Shown in pieces: positions 12,428 through 26,819 of a DNA stretch of 64,000 nt. The translations under genes were made by a program, and so were the position numbers. The stretch is from positions 29,388,001 to 29,452,000 of the forward strand of contig OZ287756.1 of the NCBI GenBank assembly GCA_965649765.1, in the 5' to 3' direction. The notes under the pieces are model-generated. The model did no database searches. It was not told the origin of the DNA and saw only the letters and a list, made by a program, of their open reading frames with translations. The stretch comes from Bispira polyomma. Its lineage: Eukaryota. Every line of letters starts with the position of its first letter. The stretch's first letter is position 1.

Positions 12428-14400
12428 TAAAACGAATGTGGCAGGGAGACTGTATTCTAAATGGTAAAACTTCAAGCTCAAGGGGTCTTGCTATCTTATT
12501 TAACAAAAACTTTGAATATAAACTTGAGTGAGAATATAAAGATGACAATGGTAGTATCATATCAATTGACCTAAATTTAGTGATATACAGGTAAGACTGA
12601 TTAACGTATATTCCCTCAATAAAGACCCGCCCGCTTTTTTTATGCAGGTCAAGGAACTTTTGGATTCAAATACTCAAACATACGTAATAATATGTGGAGA
12701 TATTAAATATGACATTGGATCCATTCCTTAATAGTGATAGTTATAAGCATATAAATAATCCTAGGTCAAGAAAACTAAATAATTTTGATCTGTAGGACAC
12801 TTTTCGTGCATTCCATCCTAACCTTAAGAGATATATCTTTAGAAGGAAACCCCTATGAGACTAGTCAGGCTAGACTACTTCTTGGTGTCAAATACTATGC
12901 ATGACATTATGCACACTTTATAGAATGATCATTTCTATAAGAGTGATCATTCTATTATTCAAATAAAAATACTGCTTAATAAAATTGTAAGAGGAAAGGG
13001 AAATTCAATTGTAGTCTTTTAAAAGATAAGGAATTTCAGGATTTAATACATTGTATTTTAAAAGAAGAAATGCATAAATATGCTCTACCAGTATATGATC
13101 TACAATTTTTAGAGCATATCTCAGAAAATGATATTAACCTAACAATAAATGATGGGCAATTTTTGGAATGTAAATTTTAAGAGTTAAGAGGTGAAACCAT
13201 CAAATTTGCAAGCTTTCGGAAAAAGATGCAGCTTAAGCTTGAAAAAGTTTAATAAAAGACACTAAATATCTTGAACATAATGCTGCATATGAAGGCCTAT
13301 CCAATATTTTGGATGATAAAAAGAAAGAATTGGAAACAATTAGACAACAAAAAATGCAAGGTAGTGCTATTATGGCGAGAACTCAATGGCTTAATGCGGG
13401 AAAAAAGCCTACTAAATTCTTTTGTTCTTTGGACAAATATCACTATACAGAAAAGACTATTAAGTGTATAAAATGCAATGATGGAAAGCGCATCAAATAG
13501 AAATATAAAGCCGACTATTCTCGAGTCTTGATTTTTGTCATTATTTTTTATTATGGGAAAGGATGCAGGCAAGTAGACCCAATTGTTCGATACCTGTTTT
13601 TTTATTTGTCCAAATTTTACTTTTAATTATATACAACAATAAACATGTTACAGGAATAACATTAGATGAGTATATTCATAAAATTACACAATTCGCTGAT
13701 GACACCACAATATTTCCAGATGGAAGTAAGGATTCAATCATGGCAACACTGACCACTCTAGAAATATTTGGAACTTTTTTAGGACTTTGTTGGGCATAAT
13801 ATTTTCTGTGGACTTAGAAAAAATACCACCCATAAACTTTTGACTAATTCTTGTCAAGGTTAATACAATTCTAAAAAGATAAAAAACAAACAAACGATAT
13901 TTAACTCCCCTTGGTAAAATTACAGTCATTAAAACCTTTCTTAGTACTATTTTTAATCATTTATTTCTTTCCATTCTCAGTCCAGGAAAAAAAAAACTAT
14001 TGTTGAAGTTAATAGAATGTTGTATTCTTTCGTATGGGATGATAATCCAAGTAAAGTAAGACAAAAGCAAATTGATAATGACTATATGGGGGATTAAGAA
14101 TTGTCGATATAGAAAACTTTATATTAACCCATAAAATAGGTTGGATTTGTCAGCTGGTTCCAGGTAGTGATGCACCCTAGACAAAGTTCATGTCTAACAT
14201 TGCAATCTCCAGAAATATATGTAATCATGGATTGTTTTGGTCAAAAACATTATTAAAAAATATTATCGATCCATTTTGGAGCAAAGTCTTTTCTGCGTAG
14301 TGTACCCTGCAAGATAAAAATACGATATAAATCATACTGAAGCACTCCTTTATCCTCTATGGTACAATCCTCAAATTTTGCAAGAACCTCTGTTTTATTT
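12290..14400 (+). pseudogene. Decayed L1/Tx1-clade ORF2 (APE endonuclease + RT), internally deleted
   Basis: STNCQGL, ICLQDT, SSRGLAIL, RLINVY, IICGD, RLDYFLVS, KSDHS, ARTQWLNAGKKPTKFFCSL, ITQFADDTT, LTPLGKITVIKT and PLWYNP, spread across frames. Confidence 0.88.
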
Positions 14401-14656
14401 ACATTCTACAATAGGTAAAACAAATTAAACAATCCAACAAAAATACAATCCATAGCAAATACAAATAGCAGAATTTATCATAAGCATTGCTAATGTAACT
14501 GTATATATTCTTCGAAAACAGACATATATATCTAATTAATTTTTTAGACTCCCTTGAGCACTTATAAATGTATTCTTGCAACAAGGATAACATTATTTTT
14601 GGGGAAATGATCAAAGCCTTTCTCAATGTCTCTAAATACAAAATCAACTGAGCCAG

Positions 14657-14764
14657 AAATCTAATCTAATCTAATCTAGTCGTACTTTTATAGCGCTTAA
14701 TCTTTGTACAACAAATTCTAAGGCGCAACAAACCCAAAACGTTAAAAATGTAATTTGATTGTAT
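14657..14764 (-). mobile_element. Short L2-tail-like retroposed fragment with 13-bp TSD
   Basis: TCAACTGAGCCAG at 14644-14656 and 14765-14777; minus strand reads GCGCCTTAGAA...TAAGCGC then (TAGAT)n. Confidence 0.75.
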
Positions 14765-15049
14765 TCAACTGAGCCAGGTTTGTTTTGGCTTAGATTTGTG
14801 GACATACACAATACCTGTCTGAGCTTTTCCTTATACCTAGCCACAGCATTGGGTTATCTATATGCTAGGTTTGAAAAATTAACTGGAGAATAACTTCTGC
14901 AATTCAGATTATACTGAATAATTGAAATTGTGCCATAATGACATATATATCTAGCTTCACTGCTAGGTCTATTAAAACAAAGTAATAATCTCTGTCGCTA
15001 TAGGTTAATTATCTTTTATGGATGACAGCTGCTCATGATGGATTCATTA

Positions 15050-16450
15050 CCTAACAACACCTTGAAGGATAGACAACCATCCTTTCACAGGAATGGGAGG
15101 AATGTGGTAAAAGATAGTCGACAATCTACTTGCAAACATCTACATACATCATCTATTCTACATTTGTTTAAATGTTTGGTGTTCTTGAGGAGGTTTAGTC
15201 GCTTAATGTTTTTAAGAATCCCATCAATGTTCCAAAAATCACATAATAAAAACAAAACCATAATAATTGACACAGGATCAATTTACTGCTGTTTGTATTA
15301 AATTTATGTATATCACATAATACTTGTTTCTTCCCCATCTTAGATAGTTCTTGTTTGTACTGTATGGCTTTACTCTGCAAATACAATGTATAATTAGTAT
15401 AACATAGAAATGTGTTGTAACTTTGTATTATTATATAGATCAAGTACTAAAAAAATTAACAAGTTAAAATTATATCTTGACTAAGATACTAGTTGTTAGA
15501 ATATGTGGTACTTTTTCATTAATATCCTATCTACCTTGTACATAAATAAAGTTAAGGCCCAGATCCACATCAGCATTACATTGTTAAAATGTAAAACTTC
15601 TGGCTATTAAATTGTTGTCTTCTCTTCTACTTTGTAAATATTATATCTAGTGGTGTTCAAAGAAAATTTTTATTTTAAAAATTTTTCCTACAAAAGTCAA
15701 ATAAAAGGAGGTATCTTAAAGAGTAATAGGTTTGGAAAAAAAGTATTCTTTAGAAAGATTTATGAAAAGATGCCAACAACTATTAAGTGGCATTTAAAAC
15801 AGTTAATCTCTATAAGTTCTGTGCAAATCTCTTAAAATTGGTTTATCATTTTGGTGAATGAGGAAGGATTTTTAAAGTCTTATTATTCTGGTCTTTTGTA
15901 TGTTTGTTTTTACTTTGTTCCAATATCAGGTAAAAAGTAGTTATCATTTTATAGCTGTTAAAATTTATTCTGTTAAGATTTCTCCATAAATGTAAAATGT
16001 GTTATAAAATGTTAAAGTGTTATCTTAAATTGTTTACTACATTTGTATGCATCACTAAATTTATCTTAAATTTAAAAGTATTTGTAACTATATGAAAAAA
16101 AAAATTATAATAAAAACTGTAACAGCTTTAATTTTATTTTCTTCAAATTTAGAATATGCTATATTCTGAACAAATCTCTGATATGAGTGAGAGCCAATAT
16201 CCTGGTGAGTGAAACATGTTGAGACACAGACTTTTTTGAGTAAAAGACCTTATTCTAGTTGCCCAATAGAATACCTGACTTTATGTGTCTTGAATTGTTG
16301 GAAACTATAATAACTATGATGGTGTCTAAAAAAGTTGCTTTAAATCCTATGTTAATAATCTCCTCAGCCCCTTAGATAAATGGTTTCTGACAGCGATTAA
16401 AAAAGTTGGACAAATGGTTTCTGATGTAAAGGATGTAAAAAGTAAATTTT
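15050..16450 (-). mobile_element. Possible very old L1/Tx1 ORF2 remnant
   Basis: Weak zf-RVT-like peptide (LLKNTKHLNKCRIDDVCRCL) and an A-rich minus strand; few intact motifs. Confidence 0.3.
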
Positions 16451-17872
16451 TCTACTACTGCTATTTTATTTATAGTAAGTCATCTCTTCTTGACAGAGTT
16501 AATAATATCAGTCATATTTTTGCTGCTTTTTAAATGTAGAAAACATTCTCACATTTTAAACGTTTTTTCATTGGTTTTATAGTTGGGATATTTCATTCAG
16601 TAGCAAAAATAATCATTTAATAGTTCTAGCTTTGAATATCTACCTAATAAGCTAAAACAGGCATTATGATGGTGTGAATCTTACAAGCAATAATGTATTG
16701 TTGGTATAGCGTGTAGGATATTTGTCATTCCAACTGTCTGGGTCTCTCAGTAATTTACTTAATCCTGAAGCCCTTTAGTGATTTTGTTTGTTTTCTTTCG
16801 GTCACATTTCAAGCTGTGAATATAAGCTGTGAATAATAAATTAGGGAGTTATGAATATAGACTGTGAAAAATAAATTAGAGACATTTTAGTAGACCAGCA
16901 CTTAAAGGCAGATTCACTTTGGATGGATTAAAGAAATATGTTAAATTAAAATTCTAAAAGAAGAATGTTGTACATGGTGAATTGCAATGCTCCATGAAGT
17001 ATTTGTTATTTTTTAGTCTTGTTTTCAAAATCAGTGTAATATTATGTAAAGCACTGATTTGAAATGTGGTGTAAAAAGGAGTTGTTTTGTGATAAATGGG
17101 GCATCAATTTAAGATGACCAACTTAGGCCAAAATTCAACATAGGAAGCAATTGTATCGTGGAAAATATGTGTGTTTAAATTGCTATAGGATATTAAATGC
17201 AGTTTCCCAATATATGTGGGGAATACTTTTAACATTGTGTGCATGACAGTCATTTTGGTTTCATAAAGAGCAAACAATAATCAAAACAAATATACTTACC
17301 ATTTTTATTTAATGTACAGACCACCCAATTCAGAGATATTGAGGTAATAATATTTAGTGATTAATAATTTTAAAACATATGGAATCATCTGTCTCTGTGG
17401 CCATAGTGTGTGACACACTGGCTATAAAATACCCAATACAATGGATTTGGTTGATATATCACAGCCTGAAGCTCCCACGTACAGATAAATATTTTGTTGC
17501 ACAAAGTACCACTTTAAATAGTGATCCTGAGTGGTAATTAGGTCATGTCCTTAGTGACCGGCTAAATAACCTTGCGAAGGTTGGATATATGAAAACAGGA
17601 ATCCCATTTGGAGCTTAGTTTTAATCATGGTTGATATTTAAGACAAAGCCTGTCCAAGCTTATTCTTACACAGAAGCCATATGAAACGGATTAAGGTTTT
17701 CCCTTGTTAGTAGAAGCTTCTTAGAAAGTATTTTGATATGCTGCAATGGGCATATAACCAGTGTATGCTAAGTTCCAGTTACAGTGCGGTTAAGAGCTTT
17801 TTATGACTGCCAGAGACCTAAAATCATAGAGGTCATATCTAAATCAACTACTCAAACTTATTTGAATAACTT

Positions 17873-18050
17873 TTTAAAATGTGCAGTGGAAAAACCTAAA
17901 TTGCCCATTATAGAATTTACTTCTTTAAAGTTACATTTTTTTATCTCTATAAATCAAGCAGATCTAAAAACATTTTAAAATGTGCAGTGGAAAAACCCAT
18001 ATTACCGTTATAGAATTTACTTTTTAAATGTGACCTTTTTTAATCTGTAT
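17873..18050. repeat. Two-copy tandem repeat, period about 101 bp
   Basis: TTTAAAATGTGCAGTGGAAAAACC...TATAGAATTTACTT occurs twice. Confidence 0.8.
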
Positions 18051-19807
18051 AAATGTGTAACTGAAAGAAATAACTCTTTCAACCAAATGATACTCAGACA
18101 AGCGCATACCTGAATACCGGTCGACACAAGTTAATGTTTATGAAACATGGATATCTTTTAAATTAGTTATATCTTTCTGTAGGTTACTTAATATTCTTCA
18201 AATTAAATCTGTTACCATTAATAAAATCCCATGGTTTAGGATATAAAAACCATGCTGGGATTATTATGACCCAACCGGTAATATAAATGCCCCATTCTTT
18301 CTGCACTTGTCACTTGTGTTACCATCTGCCTGATCAAGTGGTTGTGATAGTCCTGTCACTGTAAAATACACACAGTACAAGTGCAAATACGTTTATTGGC
18401 CATAAATCTGACCTTATCTCCACAACGTCACACTAAGAATCACCACATTATTGCATCAGAGGCTTTCTAGTTTGGTTTTTATGGTTCACAGTTGTACCAA
18501 ACCACGTCACACTTTAAGGCCTGTTTCTGTAAAAACTCACAAATGAAAAAAATTGTACTTGATCTAGTATCTTATCACAGTATGAATAATGGGGATGAGC
18601 TGAGATCATTCCTGAAAAAAAGATTTTATAACACAGTAGTTATCTAATGTAAATTTCTACCTTCTCTACTCAAATTCTTAGATGTAAGGCAAATATACAT
18701 ATAGAAATTCTATCTCATGGAATAATACCTTCTCATACAAAAACTTCTTATTAGGAGAAGTAGATGTGGAGTAGAAAATGCTCCACGTGACACAACCGTC
18801 ATCAAGTCTATTGCCAACTTTCCCACATACAGGCCATGATTTGAACGTACGATTTAGAAACCAATTGTCCTCAGATGCACAGTATAAAATACATTAACAT
18901 TGATACATACTGTTTGGCAGCCCTATCAATATTTAAACCCTTCAGTTTGGATGGGTCGATTGCTTTTAACCCATCCATAAAGAGCTTACATAATCTTTCT
19001 AAGATGGTGGTAACCTTTTCAATGGCGTAGCCCTTTTCCGAATGAAAACAGCATAAGGCTGTGCCTGATAAAAAGGGTAAAATACAGATCCAGTACACAT
19101 AGTATTATAGCAAAGAGGTAATCATATGCACAAAAAGGAATGTATTGTAGGGGCAAATGGCACCAAATGAAACTAGAGGAATAGCAAAACTCTTCTAACT
19201 TGGGACAGTGATAAACTATAACTGGTGGTTTGATGGAAAGAGTTTTGTGCTGGAACCCCCAATGGACAAACATCACACATTTCTGAGTGTATTTCATTAT
19301 TCAAGAGGATAAACGAGGGATTTAAAACCTATTACACATCATCTTTATAAAACAATCTCTGGTGATCCCATGAGAGAAAATATTCCATACATATATATGT
19401 ATAGATGTCACTGGTTTGTTTTACTGAAAATGCTGTATAACTTTTAACAGTACCTGTATGTGACCTAATTATCAGTCTAGCAGTCTAGCAATATGTATTG
19501 GTGCTTTCAAGAATGTATTGGTGTTTTCAGAATGGTACTAATGTAAGTAATGTTTTTATAATGGTTGAGTGTAACTGTGTGTTTTGTGGTCTTCATATAA
19601 TTTAATTCATTGCTAATGTTAATTTTTTTAGGATTATATACAAATCTTAACATTTTGCATCAAAATCAAAGGTCAAAGTCTTAAACTTAAGAAAAAATAA
19701 AGACTAAGACCTTTTTGTGAATATGGCCATTGGTGTCTGGCCAAAGAACCATTATTATCATTTGGGTCATATTTAGTGGCATACACTTTCTGTGTCATAC
19801 TGAAAAG

Positions 19808-20056
19808 AGCCTCAGTGATGTAGTGGTAACACTCACCCCCCACTTCTGCTGTTGTAGTTTTGAATCTTTGCCTTAGCATATATGTGGGAAAGTTGACAAA
19901 CTTGCAGATTTTAGACTTGTTGAAGACTGGTGGTTTGCAGAGCAGATTACCTTGATTAACAACCTTGTCCTTTTTTACTCCAGGAGTGAACTGCCTGTCA
20001 TGATATTCACGCCACAAATCATCTTGAAAGCAACATAAAACCCAAATTAAACTAAA
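19808..20056 (+). mobile_element. tRNA-derived SINE, family B (diverged)
   Basis: A-box-like TGATGTAGTGG head; GTGAACTGCC.GTC.TGATAT...TAAAACCCAAA.TAAA tail shared with 55905-56066. Confidence 0.65.
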
Positions 20057-20294
20057 GCAATGTCATACTTGGGTAGATTGTTCTTCTCTTTCTCTCATCA
20101 CACAAACCTTTTAAACTTTTGAGAACTTTATTTCAGGCTGAGGCTTTGAAATATCTCCTGATAAGCCCACATAAAATATCCCAGCAACATCAAACAATAG
20201 TAGCTTTGTGGTAATCTGTTAAAGAGTAAACAAGCCTTTTTAAAGTCTTTATTATAAACCACACAAATCTTAATTACAGAGACTCTACTAAAAT

Positions 20295-20541
20295 TGAATT
20301 TAATATGGATATTCCACTCTGGTACCTGTTTAGGTTATATTAGGATGGGTAGTTGGAACGCTGGAGGAAACACTGCATACAGTTGATCAAGGTTCTGCGC
20401 TGAAACCAGCAGCCCACAGTAAGGAACTACCACCTTTCCCACATAGGCAACAACAGGATTCGAACTCATGCCACTCAGAGGTGAGAGACCAGTGATTGTA
20501 AAGTGCAATGCTTGCTAACCACTAGGACACCGTGGCCCCCC
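20295..20541 (-). mobile_element. SINE family A with 15-bp TSD
   Basis: AGACTCTACTAAAAT at 20280-20294 and 20542-20556. Confidence 0.9.
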
Positions 20542-20559
20542 AGACTCTACTAAAATCAC

Positions 20560-20890
20560 ACTATAGTAACTATAACAATTACAGCAGAACTTTTGAAAAA
20601 AAAGTTCTTTGCACATCAACTGAACATACATCAAATAAACGAATGAGCATATTACTTCTGCAAAAGTTATTGCAAATTGTCTCGACATGTCTTTATTATC
20701 AGTAAAATCACTAGTGATAACAACCCCAAGATACTTTACTTTGTTCACAAATTCTCAAGGTGTTTGATTTAATTCAAGACTTGTACTCTTCTTTATCTTG
20801 ATATGATTACCAGTTATATACATGCAGAAGCTCTTTTTCAAATTAAAGATAATATCAAAAACATTTCTATAATCCTGACATATTTTGAGA
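20560..20890 (-). mobile_element. Old non-LTR RT remnant
   Basis: FDIIFNLKKS..., VNKVKYLGVVITSDFTDNKDMSRQ (region after the RT catalytic motif). Confidence 0.6.
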
Positions 20891-20939
20891 CGATACCTTT
20901 CCTAAAAATGCAACATTGGTTACCTGTTGAAGTACTGCA

Positions 20940-21150
20940 TCATTTTAAGACCAATGTTAACAACATATAAACCTGTAAGTTTATGTCAGCTCCCATATCT
21001 TGCCTCACTATTTTCTTTTAGTGGGCTTACCAGGGGAAACAGGATTTCAGTCTTTGATACCAGAACTAGTAAACCGATTGGATCCTATGCCTTCTCTGTT
21101 GTAGCACCTACTGTACATGGAATAATTTACCAACCTGGCTTTAAAAGTAA
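20940..21150 (+). mobile_element. L2-clade ORF2 C-terminal remnant
   Basis: LTTYK..PYLASL...GSYAFSVVAPT.WNNL. Confidence 0.55.
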
Positions 21151-22173
21151 CCTAAGACCCATCTCTTCACCCTCATCTAGCATTGTTCTCCTCCACGTCA
21201 CACTCGATAGCAAATTCAATTTAATTTTCTTTTTGGCGATGGAGCTAAGAGAGACATATCTTCAAAGTTACTCAACATTACATAAAGTTACATAAACCAT
21301 ACACATCAAAAAGAGACAAAAAACTGTACTCCTAAAGTTTAGTTATTATAGTGACATGCACATTACAAACACCTTTCACAACAAAAAAATACATAATCCA
21401 CTGTACCCATAGTTCAATTCTTACAGTGGCATGTACATCCATTTACAATAAATAGGAATAATCAACTGAACCCGGCCTAACCTGGGTTCATATGTCACCA
21501 TTTACAAGCACAGGTGTTAACATATTTTGAGTTAACAAGTAATAATTTAGACTAAACAAATAAAATCAGTTTTTACTGTTATTTATACAATATAGATTTT
21601 TCTCAAGAACATAAAAGGTAGTTTTGTAACCTTTATGTGACACATTTTATTGATAAAAATACATTCTATGTCCTAGATATATTATTAAACAGACATATGC
21701 TGAAGTGTTTTAATGGAACATGCCTTTTTGGATTTAAAAATATAAACCATAACCAATAGCCACAGAAATCGTTTTCATATCAGAAGACCAGTTTTGCTCA
21801 TTTTTGTCATAAACTTATTGAACGTTTTGATTTTCTGGTATTCTGGCATTTTTAGGTTGCAGAACCTCAAGAGGGATAACTGTCTTTTTTATTTATCTGT
21901 TAATTAACTGGTATCACTATGTAAATATATTTTTGGACTGTAAAGAAGAACACCAAATATAAATTGTGCAGATTTACTTTAAATTATATACACTGGTCAA
22001 AAAAAAAATACGGCTTGGACAAAATGTTGGTAATTTTAAACCCGTGGAGAATTTTAATTATTTTGATATGTACATTACATTTTTGTGCACACACGAATCA
22101 TCAAATAATAACATTACTATTGTATTGTTGTTTTTTTCTTTACAGGAAGTCATCGAAATAGAAATCCCTAACA

Positions 22174-23416
22174 ATGAATCTTGCATACATTATTGTGTTT
22201 CAACTTCTTTGGGAAAATCTTTCGACTGTTTCAGTCTCTTGTCTGGTTTTACAATGGAACACATTCCCAGAGAAGGGACACTTACAAGGCTACTTCTTAC
22301 AAGGGCTGTGTACAAGTACTGACTATTTGGGCCAGGCATAAGTTTTGTGTTTTGGAACAGCCATCTAGGGAAGATAATTTCCTGCTCATGCACAAGGAAT
22401 GTGTGGATCCAGAATATGTTTTACAGGATCATGTCAGTCTGTATTATATCAACAAAGATGAAGCAGTGTTTGTGGAATCAGATGCTGATGTGGATGTGAC
22501 AATGTCAAAATATGGTGCATTTCTTCATTTCGCCCAGTTCAACTGTAGAAAGAGGTTAGTTATTATGCTCATGCATGTCTTCCATACAGTTGGTAAAACA
22601 GAAGCCACAATTGTATATATCTGTAACACGGCGAGGTGTGGATCAACATTGGTGACTCAAGTCTTTGAAGAAACAGGATCATCTATTACATATTCAGAAC
22701 CAGATGCAATAAATGCACTGACACAGTTGAAAGGTGTTGTATCAGAGGTTGAAAGAGATAGGATCTTCAAAAATTGTATCAATATATTGTGTAAACCATT
22801 TAGTAGCAAGGTAGTCAAGTCATACATATTAAAAATTAATTCACCTGCGATGATTGAAATGCCTCATATTGTTGAATTGTTTCCAGAATCTAAAGTCATA
22901 TTCATATAAAGAGATGGTTTAAAGTGTAGCAAATCTCTGTCTAAAATCTGTAAGGAGTTACCAATAATGGGGCTGCTGCTTGCACTTGGACGTCTCGCGG
23001 GAAAACTGACAAAGCTAACCATTGAACAGATGTCAGGGATACATTTTGGTGCCATGGTTTGGTGTGTATCCATGAAGCAGTACCTGGAGATCAGAGAAAG
23101 TGGTTTGAAGATTGTTGGGGTCCGTTACAAGGATCTTGTAGAGGACACCACCTACGCTTACCAGAAGATATTTGAATACTGCGGCTTACCGTATGATGCC
23201 AAGGCGGTTGAGGTAGCCATGGGAAGAGACTCACAACGTGGTACACCTCTCAGTCTACAGAAACTGGCAAAGTACCAAGATGAGGAGTTTACGGAGGAAA
23301 CTAAAAGGCACACAGATGTAATGTGTGATCAGGTGGGACTGCCACGTTTTCCAGAACGATTTCTTGCTCCAAAAACAATTTCTTACAGAGACAGGAACAA
23401 TCTAAATGCTACATAA
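22174..23416 (+). pseudogene. Sulfotransferase-like (P-loop fold) gene with an in-frame stop and a probable frameshift
   Basis: 5'PSB-like motif NTARCGSTLVTQVF and SEPDA. ORFs 22181-22909 and 22967-23416 share a frame, separated by one TAA in FI*RDG (normally FxYR). Splice acceptor TTTACAG ends at 22145. ATG at 22174 joins the main frame if one G at 22211-22213 is removed. Confidence 0.72.
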
Positions 23417-24648
23417 ATTGGGATGTTATGACAATAGCATAGCTACTTGTGTAATTTGGATTATTGTTGTAAAATTAGCTTTGTTAAACAAGATAAATTG
23501 GTGTATATGGCAAATATAAAAAAAATTGCAATTTTGCAAAAGTTGACTGCTTTCAAAGTATATTTAAATGTACATTGCCTTTACCCATATAATATGAACT
23601 TGAACACAAGAACTGGATGCCGAATGGGCAGTGTATACATGTGATGTTATTAAACTGTTTGAGTAATATGCCACAGTAGTTACCTTATGGTTGTTAATTA
23701 ATAAATAAAATGGTTGTTTCGTGCTAAAGATTATTTTTTGTAATTCATGCATTCCTTCATTTTATAGTATAGTCTGATGCATCAAAGGAAAATAGTAGGA
23801 ACACAATATGAACTTCTAATTACTCTCATTGAAACACAATGGCAAGTAAATTTTTCATGCTGAAGCCACCACAACTTAATTACTTCAATGTAGTACATAA
23901 ACAGTTTGTGAAGTTTTAATTTAATTTTTGTATTACTTTAGCATGGAGGGTTAAAAGAAGTCTGGAGCAAACAATATAATTTGTAGGATTCCTCCCCTAT
24001 TTCTTTTCTTCCTCATTGACTGTTTCTCTGTCTATTTTTTTGCCTTTGCTCCCTAACTCTCTATCCATTTTTCCCAGGAACCGTCCTCTATTATTTCTTT
24101 TGTCTCCCCTCATTTTTCCGACCCTACCTTCAATGTCAGATGTGACCTAGATTGCTTGACAGGTGGGGTGTTAAAACGTATAACTTATATGTCCTTATAT
24201 CATGCTTATTATTGGTTCTAGACCTTGGGAATGTGAAAACAACTTGTATAAAATCATTGTGGGGGAATCTGTTAAGCATGTCAGATTCGTTGAGGTGTTT
24301 AGCAGTAGATCACAACCTCTCTCACTCCTACCCTGATTTTACCCCCTCTCTGACAAAACAGGTTATAATTTGGATGTAATCAATACATTATTGACATCAT
24401 TGTAAAGTCCTGACATCATTTTTACTTTGTGATGTCACCGCTGTGCTTAATTAGATAATTAATAGTTGAACATTGTGTAAAAATTTGAGCATTTTTAAAA
24501 TAAATATAGATTTCTATCCATTGTATTTTTCTATTTTAAATGTTATTATTGGGCCCTTAAGTAAATGAATGCTGCAAAAATAATTTTTGTTGCAAATATT
24601 CCTCGGTCAATATCACTATTTTGACTGGACTATATGGAGAATAAGCAC

Positions 24649-25200
24649 ATTAGGCATGTTCGACTGGTAGAAAAGATAACTATTTGGCTACCAGTCGCAC
24701 AGGAAAAATAAGTATCTACAACTGAAGGCAAACGGAAATTAATGAAAACAGACTTAATGTATGCCACTTACATGATGGGCGATATAGCAATATTTTACAT
24801 AAAAAACAATACTTTAGGGAATGCTAACCTATTTGATTAATTAAGCATCCATATAATATACATATTCAATCAAATATGTATACATTTAAGGGAATATTTA
24901 ATTCTATTGTCATCCTTATCTAAAACGTAACACATAGTGGTTGCCTGGTCGAAAATTGAAGACAACTAAATATCCTTACATGGAAGTTAATACTTCAGAA
25001 TGCTCTTTACTGCAACCTATCAAAACCTAATAGTTGCAAGGTAGTCCCGTGATTTATTTAGAAAGTTAACCAGCGAGATATGTGTATAACTTTGGTACTT
25101 ATCTTTTTTTAATATTGACCAGATGAACAGTAAGAGATATTTATCTTTCTTTCAGAGTAAATAAGATAAGAATCTTTGCTACCAGTCAAATGTGCCTAAT
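24649..25200. mobile_element. MITE-like element with about 29-bp imperfect TIRs
   Basis: ATTAGGCATGTTCGACTGGTAGAAAAGAT vs ATCTTTGCTACCAGTCAAATGTGCCTAAT. Confidence 0.6.
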
Positions 25201-26819
25201 GAAAGATAAGTATCTGTGACTGTTCGTCTGGTCAATATTCAAAAAAACATTTTTTTAACACATGGAGATAGAAACAAATATATATGTATGTATACAGAGA
25301 ACAATACAAGAGGAGAATGGCATGGCCATATCATGATAATGCCACTACAAAGCAAGTTACTGATGAGTCCGAAAATAGCGAACCAGTTACTAGTTAGCAG
25401 TTTGAAATGGATTTCGAGAACCATCTACTGTAGGTACCTAGTAAGTTAAACCGAAGGGAAAAATTCAAATCTGAGACATCTATGTATAAACAACCGAATC
25501 ATTTAAAAAAATGTTTTGATAATTTTTTTTTGGATAATTTATTTTTCACATAAGAGAATAACTTGTTTGCTATGTGCAGGTTTGAGGCCCAATTACTAGG
25601 CTGCATAACTGCGACTAAATGGAAAGATGATAGTTTTTCTGATATGGGTGTTGTTACACAAAACAAATATTTTAAGTGAATTATTCTTATAGATCCAACC
25701 ATTTGGTCACAGATCTAGTAAACCGCCGCTGACGCTATATCATACATTATGAATAGAACAACCTACCACATTATAATAGTTAGTAAGCAATTATAACAAA
25801 AATGTTGACTATAAAACGTCCAAAATGTTTTATTTTACAATTTTATGTAGAAAGTATTGTATAGTTGATCTATATTTTTTCAGACACACAGAACAAAAGT
25901 TGTCTTTCATGTATGGAGTATGTATAAAGTTTCATTAGAACCCCCCCCCCCCCCCCCCCCCCCCTGTCTCCCAGTTTTCACGCTTTTGTACTAGTCCCCC
26001 ACCCCCTCCAAGTTTTCTGGCTTTTGTACTAGTACTGATTCCTCTTCCCAACTCCTTTTCAAAGTTCTTCTGTGGAGAGTTGTATTACTGTATACTGCTT
26101 GTAAAAATAGTATTCAAGCCATTGTTGCTTCATTTTTAAAGTCATATTTTTTGAAGGGTGAGTAAAGGTTTGTATTGATGTTTTAAACTTAAAAAAAAGG
26201 ATAGTGATTTAAGGTAAATAGACAACTTAGTTGAAGTCCAGTTTAACAGATATTTATGTTGTTTTCAAATTAATGAAAAAAATAACGAAGAAAAAAAATA
26301 AGCCAACCATGACCTGGACACACATTTTGACCACCAGTGTATGTATATGAGAAGGAAGGTGTTTGACTTTGCTTTCATTTTACAGTAGTACACTGGTTGT
26401 CAAAAATATGTTTTGTTATAAGTGCTTCAATTTTTAAGGCCAATTTTTATAGTTAGGGTAGAAGTAAATGTTTACATTGTTGTTTTAAACGTACACCAAT
26501 AAAATGATTGCTTTAAGCTCCTAGAATTTTATTATATTAATATATATACATGATTAGATTGTAAGAAATTAATAAAAAATTATCAAAACAGTAAAAAAAA
26601 ATTAAAGGAATTATAATCAAGCCAACTATTGTGACCAGCAGTATATGTATGAGAACTGACAAGTGCAAACCCCAGTCACACACACACACTCTTTGATCTT
26701 TAGGCTGTGATGTCATTCACTGGTTGTACCAAACAGTGTATACAGACACAGGCACACACACATAGATTACCATGTGTGTCATGCTGTTCAAATCAAATCT
26801 GACAATCTCAATATATAAA

